This document shows, in pieces, positions 19,235-33,620 of a DNA stretch of 64,000 bases. Below the pieces are notes generated by a model. That model was not told the DNA's origin. It ran no database searches and saw only the letters and a program-made list of their open reading frames with translations. The DNA comes from Monocercomonoides exilis PA203 (taxonomy: Eukaryota > Protista > Preaxostyla). Both the position numbers and the translations under genes were made by a program. Numbering within the stretch: position 1 is the stretch's first letter; every line of letters begins with the position of its first letter. The stretch is taken from contig LSRY02000017.1 in assembly GCA_001643675.2 (NCBI GenBank), positions 868,001 to 932,000 on the forward strand, read 5' to 3'.

Positions 19235-21967
19235 TTAATTCTGATTGTTTTTCAATCCTTCATTCTCGCTTTCTTCAGTTGCAAGACGTCTATTATCCTT
19301 CATCTCCTCCTCTGCAGAGTGAATCATCTTCTCCTTCGTCTCCAATAGCGCGTGATAATCCGCCGGCAATGAAATAAACACAACTTGCCTTTGGTTCGCA
19401 AAAAAGTTCAGGCGGTCCGCCCTGCTCCTCCAAGAAGCACAACTGCTTTGAGGAGGAAGCCCAACAGCTGCATTCGCTGCATTCATAAAAGAAATGTATG
19501 TTTGCTCTTCTTTATTAAACACAGGCATTGACTTGTCAATCACATTGGAGCCTGATGCTTGCTCAGATGATATGCCAATTGAACTATCAGATGATGAACT
19601 CGAAATTGCATTGTCAATAACAGCAGAAGTATCAGCAGCACTCGACGATTCTATTTGTTCATACTGCGACAAAATTGTGTCAACTTCGTTTTGATCAAAA
19701 CGGCTCAGATAAAAATCCACTTCATCGTAATTTCCGGTTTCTTCCTCTTCAATTTCTTTTGGATTGAATAAATTCTCGTTTGCATACTCTGAATGGGTTT
19801 GAAGGCAACTCAAAGGTTTGAGGGCAGCAGTTGAATTCGAAAAAGGAAGCGACACTAGCGCAGATGATCCAGAGCTTGTTCCGTCTGACAAATCGCTCAA
19901 ATGCTTTTTCAGCCTTTTCATTCTTGCAATCATCTTTCTCTCCATTTCCTGTGCCTTCTTTTCCATCTCCACCCTCTCCTCCAGCGCAATGATCAGATCC
20001 ATCTTCTGCAGGTCGCTCAGCGTCTTCACCACGCTCTCCACATCCAGCCGCGTCCTTGCTTGCTCCAAAAACAGCTCCATCTCCACTTTCCGCGCCTGCC
20101 GCCTGCTGAAAAACAGCCGGTCGAAGTTTGCCGAGTCGATAAAGCGCTCATACAGCCCCAGCAGCGCCTTCGTGGACGAGTGCATCACAGCAATCGACTT
20201 TTCGCGCTGGGCAATCTGCGCCATAAACTCCTTCTTCACAAACGGCTTCAGGTTCGGAATGGATCCATACGGGTGCAGCGGCAGCCCTGTCTTCGCATCC
20301 AGCTTCATTGGGGCGCTCTCGAAGTACTCGTCAAACGGCTGGAGAAACGCCTTCGTCAGCTGCGTGAAGGTCTCCTTGATGAGCTCGCTGCACTGCCCGA
20401 TTGTGCCGCCAATGTCGATCAGATGGGCAATGCGCCGCTGCAGATCCTTGTCTGACGGGAGCAGCCGCTTTGTTTTGGAGGATATTTCTTCTTTGTGCTC
20501 GAAAACAGGGCGAGAGTTCAGAAAAGAGGCGGAAACGGGGGAAGAAAGGGCGAAGGACGGAGTTGTGGTTGGAGTTGGGGTTGAAAGAGCAGATGAATAC
20601 GAAGGAGAATGAGAAACAGGTGAGACAGAAGAAGAAGTTGTAGCAGAAGAAGAAGAAGAAGATGATGAAGATGATGATGAAAATGTTTTCTCTTCCTTTG
20701 TGTCCTGCTCTGATCCGCATTCATCTGAATTGTCAATTGATGAATCTGAATGAATAACTGATGAAGAATCAGATGAATTTTCTTGAACTGAAGAAGAATT
20801 TTGAATGGGATCTTCAGATTCTTGTTTGTTGACTGTTTTGTCTGCTGATGCATCATTTGAAGCTGTCGAAAGAGAATTGAATGAAGAACTTTCAATAGAA
20901 ACTAAATTTTCCCTCTGTTTCTCGCTTTCCGTTTGCTTGTCCCCCTCCACTTCTTCATTCTTCTTCTCGTTCTGACCATTCGATACAACATTATTCCCAC
21001 CCAGCTGCCTGAACATCTTTGCAATCTCCACTTGGCAGCTCTTCTGCTTCTGCTGTGTGGCAGCGAGGGCGTTCAGCACAGTGCTCGTCTCCTTCGCATT
21101 GATCAGCCCTGCCGGCAGCTGGAGCAGCTCACGCAAAGGAATGGTCTCTGATAACAGAGCGAAGAAAGTGGAAGAGGAAGTTCTGTTTGTGAGCGGCGTG
21201 CTGAAGGGAGAGGCAGCTGCAGCTGTCGGAGACTGGAAAGAAGGCGAAGACGCGTAGAAGACAGAGGAAGAAGAAGAAGAAGAAGAAGAAGAAGAGGTGA
21301 CGGGGGAAGAAAGAGAAGAGCTTGGGGCTGATGAAAGCGGAGGAGAAAATGGATGAGAGGGCATGTTTATGCTCTGAAGAACAGGAGTGGAAAGAGCATT
21401 GGCTGATCCTCTTCCTGTGCTTGCTCTGTCTTTGAAGCTGTTTTCACTCGAAGACGAGGAAGTTGCACTGTTTTGGGTGGAATGGCTGTTTGATGGCATT
21501 TCTGATGCAGAAGATGACTGAGAAGCATCGGAGGTTAAATGAACTGGAGATAAATCGTTTGAAAAACGAGGGTTGAGAGGAGAAGAAGAGGTAGATGAAA
21601 AAGAAGAAGATGATGATGAGGAAGAAGAAGAAGAAGCAAGAGGAGGAGGCGATGTGGCAGGTGTTGAAGTGTGTGAGGCAGTTGGTGTGACATGAAGTGG
21701 ATTCAGCTGAAGAGTGAGTGATTTGTCTGTGAAAGGCGAAGAATTCGATGATTGAAACAGACTTGCGAGTTTTGGAGAGCCAGAAGCTGATTGAGAATTA
21801 GGAGAAGAAGAGGAGGAGGAAGGCAGATTGTCTTCCAGAGATGATGTTGTTGAGCTGAGCTGTGAGAAAGAAGAGGAAGAGGATGAGGACGAAAGAGATA
21901 GAGAAGAGGAGGAAGATGAAGATGATAAAGATGAAGATGATGAAGCAGAAGTGAAAGAAGAAGAAAC

Positions 21968-22006
<39 letters not shown>

Positions 22007-24618
22007 AGCAGAAGCAGAAGAAGGAGTGGATGAAGACGAAAAAGAAGGCTGTGTCATCGTCAGTGCTGTTATCTTCTGTTTGATGGACCAATCGCCAGCA
22101 TAAAGGAAAGTGTTGTGTTGTTTCAGGATTCTCACAAACAGATGATTAGATACACCCACAATGACTGGGATCTGCACAGTGCTCTGCTTCATTGTCAGTG
22201 TTCGCAGGGCAGTTGAAGAGGGAATTGAGGAGGAAGAAGAGGAAGAGGAAGAAGAAGATGATGATGATGAGGAAGAGGAAATGGTAGGGTGAGAAAAGGA
22301 AGGGGAAGAGTAATTGGAAGAGGTTGGTGTTGTGAATGAGGATAAAGACGTGTAAGGAGATGAGGTGTCAATGGATGATGTTGAGACGGATGTTGATGTG
22401 GGGTTGGAAAACGAAGAATGATCAAAAGAAGAAGAAGAAGAAGAAGAAGAAGAAGAAGAAGAAGAAGAAGAAGAAGAAGAAGAATTTGAAAATGAACTGG
22501 AATTGGAAGAAGAAGAAGATGATGATGAAGAAGACAAAGAGGAAGTGTGTGATGCAGATGTTGTTGAAGCATCTGGTTGTGTTTTATCAGCATCATCAGC
22601 ATTTGAAACATTTGAAGCATTTGAAACATTCTCCTTCTCGTTCACTGTTGTTGACGGTGTGTTAGCTTCATCATCTTTTCCCTCAGCCTGCACTGGCAAT
22701 GCATTTCCCGCCTGTTGCTCACCCGTTGCTGTGTCTTCCTCTCCAAAAGAAGTCGTCGCCAGCGCTGAGGAAGAAACAGAGTGTTTCGGGCGAGCCATCA
22801 CAGGCGATGAACTGGGCTCCCTTGCTGCTTCATTCATTGTGGACAGCTGCTCGTGCTGGGCAGCTGATGGCAGATACAGCGGAGTTGAGCTCATTGCGTC
22901 GCCAACCACGCCGAAGAAGCGAGAGCTTGCCTGGAGCGTCTTGATGGATGCTGTGCCGACACCGCCGAGGCGCATGGAAGAAGGACGGCGCAGGAGAAGC
23001 GGCTTTGGCGGGGTGGAGTTTTTTGTGAGGGCAATCTCTGGCTCAGATTTGGTGCGGGGAGAGTGGGATGGGTTGGTGGAAGAGGAGGAAGTGGAAGGGG
23101 AAGAGGAAGAAATGCTACTGTATGAGGAAGACGATATCGATGCATAAGAAGAAGATGAGGAGGAAGAAGATGATGAAGATGATGAAGATGATGAAGATGA
23201 TGATGAAGAGGTTGAAATGGAATCTTCAGCTTGACAGTTCGATGACTGGCCATATGCAGTCTGTGTTGGAGTAATGTCATCAGTAGATTTCACTTCTGAT
23301 TGTTGTGCTTGTGAAGACTGATGTGGCGGAACAGACTCTTTTGAAGAAGATTGAGAAATCGAAGGGAAATTCTGATTGTCTGTTGTTTCAACCGAATTGG
23401 ATAAACTTTCGTTTTTTTCTTCATCTTTGAGTGTTTGGATCTTATACCGAGAGGAAGACAAAGAACCAGACGTCAAATTCCCTCCGGCAGATGAAGGTGA
23501 AATGGAAGGAGATTCATTAGAGGGCTTTTGTGTCTGAGTTAAAGAAGAGGAAGTTGTTCTTGGTGCACAAGACAAAGTTGAAGTGCCAAACGATATGTCT
23601 GTTTGTGGAAGCGTGTATATTGGTCGATAGTCTCCAGCAAATGGAAGTGGTGAAATCAAAGAGATCAGAGCAAGCACGATGCGAGAAGAGAGTGCGGAGG
23701 AAGGAGTAAGCACTGCAACTGGCTGTGTCGTTATCACAAGTTCCCACAGAAAGCGAAGATCACTCAGAAACGGATACAGTCCAACGAACATCTCAGAAGT
23801 TTGTAATAAAATCTCATTTTGAAAGCTGCCTTTTAGTAAGTTGCATGCGCTTGCCATTAAATCTTGTTGATGTGTGTTTTTTACAGAAACAAGTGTTGAA
23901 ATGTTGTTTGAGGAAGAAACAAATTGTTTTGAAGTGTCTGTATTTTCTATTGATGCAAATGAAACATTTGAATCAATTAGCTTCTGCAAAGAAGAAAGAA
24001 GAACAGATTTTGCTTCCGTTGGATTTGGAAAAACAATATCAATCTGATTAGAAAAAATCTCTCCTTTAAAGCTGAGAGAATACTTCGGTTTTGGCCATTT
24101 TGAAACAATACGAAACAACTCTTCACTTGGATTTTGCCCTATATGATGGAAAATTATTCCAATTATGCGAATCATGAAATCAAAAAGTGTAATATGAGGA
24201 ATTGGCGTGACGATGACAATTGCTTTCTGATAAAATCCTCGTGAAATTCTTGGATCTGGTTTTTGACAAAAGTGAGAGAAACAAAACAATGTTTGCTTTC
24301 TTAAATTTAAAGATTCAGGTGAACTTTTCTGAATTTTAAAAAAATGAAAGCATTCATTAAAAGACAGAGTTGCGGAATCTGGAAAAGATAAAGAACAACT
24401 AAATAAACAAAAATGTATTTCATTTTATTTGTTTTTCAACAACTAATTTGAAAAAAATTGAAAATATCACACATTTGAAGAAGCTCAGATTCATGAAGAT
24501 GAAGTCCATAAGACCATTCAATAACTTGTCCAATTTCCAAATCGAATGACACACAACAAATGCATTTGATCCATTCGTAAGCAGATTTATACAAAGGTGA
24601 AGGAGTCTTATGTGTCAT
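19235..24618 (-). CDS. DENND6: DENN-domain protein DENND6/FAM116-like (Rab GEF) with large Ser-rich insertions; exons 24618-24473, 24398-19235
   Basis: WIKCICCVSFDLEIGQVIE...ICSLSFPDS...RGFYQKAIVIVT; LWELVITTQPV...GDYRPIYT; IVGVSN; FTQLTKAFLQPF...LYERFIDSANF match DENND6 motifs; intron 24472-24399 keeps frame. Confidence 0.88.
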
Positions 24619-25121
24619 ATAAAAACTCTTTTCACGATTTGTTAAAAAATTGTTACATATTTTGATCAATATTGATTGAATAATTTTTCCACAAATAATA
24701 TGTTGAAAGTTCATATTTCTTTATATAAAATAAGAATTCAATATAATAAAATGATAACGATATTTCTTTGTTGAAAAACAGGATTATTTATTCGATAAAA
24801 TATGGAAAATTGAACTCTTTTTGTTTTTTGTCTTCAATAATATCTCAAACACATATGCTCATTGTTATAAAAAACATTTAATCCTAAATGTTGAAAAATC
24901 AATTATGAAAACATTTTGTCAAAAAATACAAAAAAAATCACTCACTAAAAAAATATCACTCATTGGATTTAAGAGATAAAATCCAGAATTTCATAAAAAG
25001 ATTCATATAATAAATGTTATTGGTGGGAAGCAATTTTTAACTTGAACTGATAATTCAAAAAATGTTACTCCACTTTGTGATTTTTGATCATTTGCAAATA
25101 ATATTTTCCATTCATTATTTG

Positions 25122-27427
25122 ATGAATGTAAAAAGTGATTCATGCTTGCTGGACAGTCTGCCTTCCGAAGTTTTGCTGAACGTATTATCATTCCTTGGTC
25201 CGGCCTCACTTTTGCGTGTTGGCTGGACTTCTAAGCGTTTACGAGTCTGATTTTTATAATGTAATTATTGATTTATTTGTTATTCATTAAAAACATGAAT
25301 AACATTTTTGTTTTAGACTTTGAGCGAAGATCCAACATTATGGATTATTCATTGTTTTACGCAGTGGAAAATTCCTTTTTTTGAAGAGTGTCAAAATTGG
25401 AAAGCTCTGTTTTGGAGCATAAACGCAAACTGGCAAGCAGGAATTTACATTCCAACCAACTTAAAACCTTCATTCGTTGATGAGTTTTCTGAGGAAAAGG
25501 ATGCAAATAAAGTTACTGAGGTTTATTGCGTTTATCTATTTTTATTTTTCGATATTTTCTGTTTTCTTAGTCAACTGTTCCATATGTTACGCATGCAGTT
25601 AACTTACGAGCTCCTCTTGTATACAGCGGAACTGATGTTGATACAGCAATGCATGTTTGGGATGTTGAAAGAGGAGAGATATTGTTATGTGTTGGAGATA
25701 ACGAAGACAATGAAGAAAATGCAAGTATTCACGGTAGATGGGGACATACCGGCAGCATAACGTGCATCGATAGCTGTGGGGATTGGATTGTAACCGGATC
25801 TGAAGATGGTACTCTTCGTGTTTGGGATGGAATGACGCATTCTTGCAAAGGAGTGATGGAGAAGCATCAGCAAGCTGTATCTTCTTGTGCAATCGATGGA
25901 GCTGGAACTGTTGTAAGTGGGTCATGGGATGGTACAGTGAGGGTGTGGAAGAGCAAAAGTTGGACAGATGATGATTTTGAGGACGCAAAAGAAGAGAGCA
26001 ACGAAATAAATGAAGGAAATAACAGCACATGGAACACTCGTGTTGGAATGAATGAAAGTGGAGCAGAGCAGTTAGACAACGTCCCAGTCACAGAAGCGCT
26101 TCTGAAGATCGACCTGGGGGTGTCTGTCCAGTGTGTTGCACTTGTCGGGCAGGTGCCTTCACACAGAATCAGTCAGACGCTTCCTTTCTTCTCATCGAGT
26201 TTCTCTTCGTTGTGCTCTTCTTCTTCCTCTTCATCGTCTTTTTCATCATCGCCAACTTTTTTCGCACCTGGCTCAATGAATCCATCGTATTTAGCAGTGA
26301 CTGGGTTTTCCTCTGAAATCGATGAAGAAATGGACAGAATAAGAAGACTCATTCTGTCACCTTCTTCTTTCACATCGCAATCACCATCTTCCTATTCAAC
26401 CACATCTTCCATTGCTCAACAACAGTCAACCTCTTCTTCTTCTTCCTCCTCCTCCTCTTCTTCTTCCTATCAACTTCCCAACCCCATCCACCACCCCGCC
26501 TCCGCCTCACCCTTCGCCTCCGCCTTCGAAATGGCGACAGAAGCATGTGTTGGCCTGTGGAACGGGGCAGCAGCAATGGTCGATCTTCAAACAGGAGCTG
26601 AACTCCACCGCTTCAGACACCACACGCAGTGCGTGTCTGCCCTTATTGCCACGCCCTGGCAGGTGTACTCAGCCTCCTGGGACGGAAGCGTTGCATTGTT
26701 TGATTCGAGAGTGAGATCGCTGAAGGTGGAGGTGGAGTGGGAGCGTGGCTTGGTTGGTGGGAGAAATGCAGAAGAAGAAGAAGAAAGAGAAGAAGGAGGA
26801 GGAAGAGAAGGAAGAGAAGGAGGAGGAGGAGGAGGAAACAATAGCAACTTTCATTCACATTCACCACAAATGCCAACATTTCCAGGAGATTCGACTGTTC
26901 TGTCGCACATTCCATTCTCTTTTGTCGGCCCGCCGTCGCATTCGATCCTCGGCAACTCGTTTTCGGTCGATTGGAACGACGACGTGGCATTTCAGTCGTT
27001 TTCTTCGCTTCCTTCTGTCAAAGCAAAGCTCTTTCCTTTCTCTGGCTCTTCTTCTTCTTCCTCATCATCTTCCTCCTCATCCTCTTTTTCTTCTCCCACT
27101 TCATTGTATTCACTTCACACACTTTCCTCAAAATCACCCTTCAGTTATTCTCTCCAGCTTCCTTATTATCTTCACTCGTGTAAGCTTCTTTCATCATCAT
27201 CATCGTCATCAACTTCTTCTTCTTCTTCTTCTTTTGATCTTTCTTCTCTTCTTTCTCCACCAAACAAGCAAGTCACAGCTGATCGATATGCATACTCCTT
27301 CTTTTCACATACACGCCCTGGTGTGCTTCCACTTCTTTCTTCCACCTCACTCACCTCACTCACTTCTAATCAGTCAGTTAATCCTTCATCACCACAAAAG
27401 TCTTCATCATCATCAAAATCATCAACT

Positions 27428-27459
<32 letters not shown>

Positions 27460-27666
27460 CTCCACACCGTTCTCCACCCCCATCGCCTCCATCCCTGCTG
27501 CCCACAAAGGGCGAATCCGCTGTCTTGCCATGAATGGGCCTCTTCTTCTGAGCGGCGGAGACGACAAGCGTGTCTGTGTGTGGGACACGCGGATGATGGG
27601 GAGGTGTGTGGAGAGGGCGATTGTGCTCGAGTGGAAGGAGCAGGAGAGAAGGAAGAGGAAAGAGAG

Positions 27667-27697
<31 letters not shown>

Positions 27698-30600
27698 GAA
27701 AGGGGAAGAGAAAGAGGAGGAGAAGAGGAAAGAGAAAGGCTGTTCCAGCAAGATGATTCGGTTCGATCGCATCATCCGATGCAATCGTCGTTGCAACGAA
27801 ATCATCTGCACAGAAAGCAAAGCGAAGCAGCAACCGATGCTTCGGGAAGTGGTTTGGCTTCATCCTATGCCTCTGCTTCTGCTTCTGCCTCTTCCTCTTC
27901 CTCTTCTCCTTCTCCTTCTCCTTCTCCTTTATCTTCCTCCTCTTCCTCTTCCTCCTCTTCTCTTCGTCTCCCCATCTCCACTCTCTCATCTCCTGTCGAT
28001 GCAAGCGATGCTTATCTCTTTTCTTTGGGTGCTGACACACGAATTGGCGCTGTGTGGAGTTTGGATGCTGACCCGTCGCGAATTGTGGTGGGGACAAACG
28101 ATGAGAGAGAGATGGTTGTGTACTCGTTTGCGATGTGGGACGGAGGAGAAGAGGAGGCGAGGGAAGGAGGAGAAGGGGGAGAGGGGGGAGAGGAGGGAGA
28201 GGGAGGAGAAGGAAAGGGGGAAGAGATGGAGAAGATGAGAAGAGAAGAAGAGAAAGAAGAGAATGTGAAAGAAGCGCAAACTGAAAGTGCTGTTGATGGG
28301 ACTCAACCAGCAACTGCGTTGGATGTTGTGGGAAACTTGGAGAACACAAACCATTCAATCACATCTCCAATATCAGCATCGGCATCATCATCAGCAGCAT
28401 CTTCTCCAAAAAATAAAGCAAATTCTTCCTCCTCTTCCTCTTCTTCCTACCCTTCTCCTCGTTCTCCAAATGATCCAACAGGCCCTTCTCTTTCGCGCCC
28501 AGTTGCTTCACGTGACAGAAAATGGATTGAAGCAGATGCTTTTCCTTTGGTGGAGATAGAAGGGAATCATTACTTGGAGAACATAAAGGGGTTGAATCCA
28601 GAAGAGAGGAAGCGAATGAAAGAGGCTGAAGACAGCTTCATCAGAAAGACGAGGAAGAAGCAGAGAGAGAAAGAGATGCTGTTGGGAAAGAGAAGAGAGA
28701 GTTTGGATTTGTCAGGATCACAGACAACAAATGAATTGAATGTGGATTCTCTTTCTTTTTCTAATTCTTATTCTTATTCTTATTCTCCTTCTCGATCAAA
28801 CACAGATGGAAATCTAAATGTTACTTCTTCTGTGGAAGTTGCAGAAGGAACAGAAAAAGGTGATGCTGTTGTTGATGATGGTGGTGGTGCAAAAGAAAAA
28901 GAAGAAGGAGAAGAAACGGAGGAAAGAATTCAACAGGATTCAACTGAGGATGGAGAAAGAGAAGGAGAAAGAGGAGAAAGAGGAGAAAGAGGAGAAAGAG
29001 GAGAAAGAGGAGAAAGAGGAGAAAGAGGAGAAAGAGAAGCAAATGACAATATTCAGCCAACACCAAAAGCTTTGCCGATTGAGTTGACAGAGACGCTTCC
29101 TGAATGGATGCTGATGGGGATGGATGGAGTGTGTGTGGTAGAAGAAGGAGAAGGAGAAGAAGAAAAGAAAGAAAGAGAAAGAGAAAGAGAAGAGAAGAAA
29201 GAGGAAGAAAGAAAGCATAAGCATCAGAATGGATCTCATCATTCAAGACATCGTCACAGAAGTCATTCTTCTAATCATCATCGTCAACAACAGCGTCATC
29301 ATCATCATCGTCATCATCATAGCCATTCTATTCAATTGCAACAGGAAAGCAACGAAACAGAGCAAATGAAAGAGGATAGAGGCAAAAATGGAAGAGAAAG
29401 CGAACAAGGAAGAAATCATCAAAAATCACAAGAAGGAACAGAAGAAGAAGCAGAAGCACAAGAACAGCAGATGATGAATGAGGCCTTTCCAGATTGGTTT
29501 TTGAGCGGGTTGAATGTGAAAATGGCAGAAGAAGGGAATGAAGAGAAAGAAGGAAAAGAAAAAGAGGAGGAAGAAGAAGAGGAAGAGAAAAAGTCAAATA
29601 AAACAGAAATTTCAAGAACACTTGGAAAGTCTGTGTCATCTTCAGCGCTGCTTGCCTACTCATCTTCTTCTTCTTCATCTTCATCTTCTTCGCACAACAA
29701 ACATCACATTCACAGTCATCATCATCAGCATCATCAGCCTCACTCTCAACAAAATAATGTTCATCATCATAATGGTTATAATGATGATGATAATGTAAAT
29801 AGAAATAGAAATAACAGTCATCATAATAATGATGATGTTGATCATTCACATTTCAGTTCTGAAGATTCAATCAGAATTGAAAAAGAAGAGAACACACACG
29901 AAGTTATGCCACATAGGTCGCATCACAATCACCACAATCAAATTTCTTCATCATCATCATCTTCTTCTTCTTCTTCCTCTTCCTCTTCTTCCTCTTCTGA
30001 ATATTCATCTCATCACAAACACATTTCCTCCTCTGATCTTGACAACACTACATCATTTGCAATTCAACATCATACACCTTCTCCTTCTCCCTCTCCCTCT
30101 CCCTCTCCCTCTCCCTCTTCTCCACTTTCACCTTCACATTCACCTTCACCTTCACCTTCACCTTCACCTTCACCTTCACCTTCACCTTCCCTTTCTCTCT
30201 CTTCCTCTTCTTCTTCCTCATCATTTTCATTTTCCACTCCAAAATCGAGTGTTTCTGAATCATCAGAACATTCACCATTCACAAACGCATCTCATTCACC
30301 TGATATTCATACACCATCTCACAAACATACAAAGAGTCAACATTTATTGTCTTCTTCTTCTTCATTATCCTCTTCTTCTTCTTCTTCCTCTTCCTCTTCT
30401 TCTTCTTCTTCTTCTTCTTCTTCTTCTTCTTCTTCTCCATCATCTAATGTGTCAGACGATGAAGTTTTCCTTCCTCCCACTCTGAAAAGCAAAATTCAGT
30501 CAAAACGATCTCCAAAATCACCAGCTGGCACAATTTCATCGGCTTATTCTTCTTCTTCTTCTTTCTCTTATTCTGCTTCTTCCTCATCAAATTATGATCC

Positions 30601-31582
30601 TTTTTCTTCTTCCCCTCCATCAGCATTTCCTTCTTCTTCTTCTGCTTCTTCTTCTTCCTCCTCTTCCTCTTCATCCCAATCCCCAGCTTTCCCTCCTCCT
30701 CCTCCTTCATTTCCTCATCACATTGGCTTTGATCGCGGTGACTTTTCTCCTCTCTCTTCTGTTGTTGTAGTTGCCTCTTCCTCTTCTTCCTTCTCTTCTT
30801 CTTCCTCTTCCTTCTCCTCCTCTTCTTCCTCTTCCAAATCTTCTTCCAAATCTTCTCTTCTTCCGAAGGACAAGCAGAGCGGATGGGGTTTTGTTCCAGT
30901 TGCGCCAAATGCAGCAGTCACAAGCACACCAAAAAGGAGCTCGTCGTTGAATCTGAGGGATCTGATAAGCCCAGTGGAGATGGAGAGGAACGAAGGAGAT
31001 GAAGGGGATGAAGGGAAAGAGGAGAAAGAGGAGAAAGAGGAGAAAGAGGAGAAAGAGGAGAAAGAGGAGGATGGAGAGGATGAAAGAATAAGGAGAGGAG
31101 AAGGAGGAAGAGAAGAGAGTGAAAGGAGGAAGGATGAAAGGAAGGAAGAGAAGGAAGAGAAGGAAGAGCAGGATAAGAAGGAAAAGGATAAAGATGATGA
31201 AGTTACTGTTTTGAAAGAGAAAGAGGAGAAGTTGAATATTGACGTTAATGACAGAAAAGAAATAAAAGACAGAAAAGACAAAAAAGATAAAAAAGAAGAA
31301 ACCAGAACAGAGATAGAAATGGAGACAATGGACGAAGCATCGAATTCTGTTTGCTCAGTCAAAAATCCAATTTCATTGTCTGAACAAGAGCAGATGATTT
31401 CTGTTTCACAGCCGTCGTTGAACGAACTGAAAGAAAATTCAGAGAAAGAAAAGAAAGGAGAAAAAAGGGAAGAAGAGAGAAAGAATAAGAAAGAGAAAGA
31501 GAAAGAGAGGAAAAGAAGAGCCGAAATGGATTCTGATATGAGAGCTCAGAGTTCGTGTTGTGGCGGGTGTACAATTCTTTAG
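25122..31582 (+). CDS. F-box/WD40 protein with long low-complexity regions and C-terminal CaaX (CTIL); exons 25122-25244, 25317-25520, 25571-31582
   Basis: LDSLPSEVLLNVLSFLGPASLLRVGWTSKRLR-TLSEDPTLW (F-box); GHTGSITC..VTGSEDGTLRVWD, VSGSWDGTVRVW, AHKGRIRCL..SGGDDKRVCVWD (WD40); both introns are phase 0. Confidence 0.9.
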
Positions 31583-32084
31583 TTTTTTCATTATTTTAGA
31601 TAAGCTGTAATATATAATTTTTTTTTTTGTAATTATTTTGGTTTTTTTGGTTTTGTTTTGTTTTGTTTGTTTGTTTGTTTGTTTGTTTAATGATTATTAG
31701 TGTCTTGGTATTTTATTGCGAACACGCTTTGAAGATTCATTGAGTTCTTTCATTCTTTATGTTCTGCTCAGTAAACATATTAGTTTTTCATGTTATTTAG
31801 AGAGTACTTTTTGATTTTTCGTTTATTTTGGAGTTTGATTCGTTATTTCAAAAATGTTTTTGTTGTGCATTTTGTATAGCATTCGTTTGTTTTTCATAAT
31901 TCATTCCTCTCATGTATTTTCATTGTTTTTTGAAGTATGTAAAAGCCTTGATTTTCGATCATTTTTCCATTACAAAATAATTAATTATACAATGATTGGT
32001 AATTTATCGTTTTTACCTGCATGAAAAAAAAATGAAAAATTACATTTTATTCCTGCAAGCTTTCATAATATTTAGCAAATATCT

Positions 32085-33620
32085 ATGCTATCAAAAAGCG
32101 CTGTTGGTTCAATCACAGAATCGTTTTTTGAGTTTTGCCAAAACAAGACTGCTCTCCCTCCAGATTTTTTTTCTCCAAATTGCAAAATCGATGCAGCTAT
32201 TTATGGAACATATTGTCATACTATAAATGATTTTTGTAATCAAATTTGCCTACATCCTTTTTTGAAAACAACGCAAAAAGAAACTATTGTGTGTGAAGGA
32301 ACAGAAGTTGGCATTTTTCTTCCATTATTGTCTACAAAATCTCATGAGATATCAAGTTGTGTGTGCTTTATGAACTTTGAAATCAGAGAAAACGTTAATC
32401 AATGTGTTTCTCTTTTTTGCGTACTTGAGACTCTCCAAAATGAAAGTTGTTTAGACGTATGCATGTTTTTTGAAACTTGCAATTTTGTTGATTATTTTTA
32501 TTTAACGATATTGTAATTGAAGCTATACAAATCAGCATTCAGTTCAATTGAGTCTTCGTTAATTAGTTCAACAACAAAGCAACTTGGAGAGCAATTTCAA
32601 GCAGAACTCCTTCAAATCAAAAATTGTGGCTCAATAAGTCCAGGGTCGCCTGCACCTCTTCCTAGATTGTTGTTTTCTACGATGAAATCTATGTGTCTGG
32701 ATGATATATCAATATCATTTGGAGTAACATCACCAAAGGAAACGTTATTGCTCTATCGTGCAAAATTTTCTTCAGCGCAATCTCCTGCATTGCCCTTTAG
32801 CGGTGTGGTAGATCCTACAGTTTCCCCTCAAATTCAAAATGAAGAAACGTCAGCAACGTTATCTAAAGCTATATCAATGGATCGAACCAGCACAACTTCT
32901 GAAAAGTCTCAATCATCTTGTCAGACACCAAACTCCAATTCAATATTCCCTTCTCCGTCTCCTTCAATCGTCCCGTCTCCAAGTCATGCTCCTTTGACTC
33001 CCTTTGATGGAGAGTGTTTGCTGTGCGTATTGCTCACTCACCCAACTTGCTTACTCTCCTCTTCTGATTCTCCAAAACACGTCAGCGATGAGAGATTGGA
33101 TCGTTTTGGCGAAATTCCTCAGTTCATTTTGGCAGACGGAGATTGGCTTCTTTTGTGCCCGTCGCACTCTTCCGTTCCTTCTACGCATCATTCACCGTCA
33201 AAGCACATTCCAAGCTCTGCATCCACTTCTTCTTCTTCTTCAACTTCTTCTTCTTCCAATTTTCCTTCTTTGTCCATCTCACTTTCACTCACAACTGACA
33301 AGTTTACTCCATTTGCTTCTGCAACTGCAACTGTCACATCTGAATCCCCAAGTTCAAATGACTCAAAGAAAACATCTGTCTCTTCATCTGCCTCGTCTCA
33401 TCCTGTGCAAACCAGCGTTCAGGTACCAATCCCTCCTCCTTCGTTCTTTCCTCCTTCACAAAATGATCAATCTATGCCATTCGGCTCTTCATCTGCTTCG
33501 GGATTGGAAAAAGACACGTCTCTTCAAATAAGTCGTTCAGAAGGATGCGACGAAATTCGAGGAGCTGCTAAAAGAGATGGACATACTGAAGGTAAGAAGA
33601 AAAATGAGATATTGTTGTGA
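32085..33620 (+). CDS. Hypothetical protein; exons 32085-32456, 32523-33620
   Basis: Two ORFs joined in frame by a GT-AG intron 32457-32522; Ser/Pro-rich C-terminal half. Confidence 0.65.

Noticed and set aside
306-31582. SKP1 plus F-box gene as a functional cluster
   Set aside because: They are 24 kb apart with unrelated genes between; co-occurrence is plausibly chance
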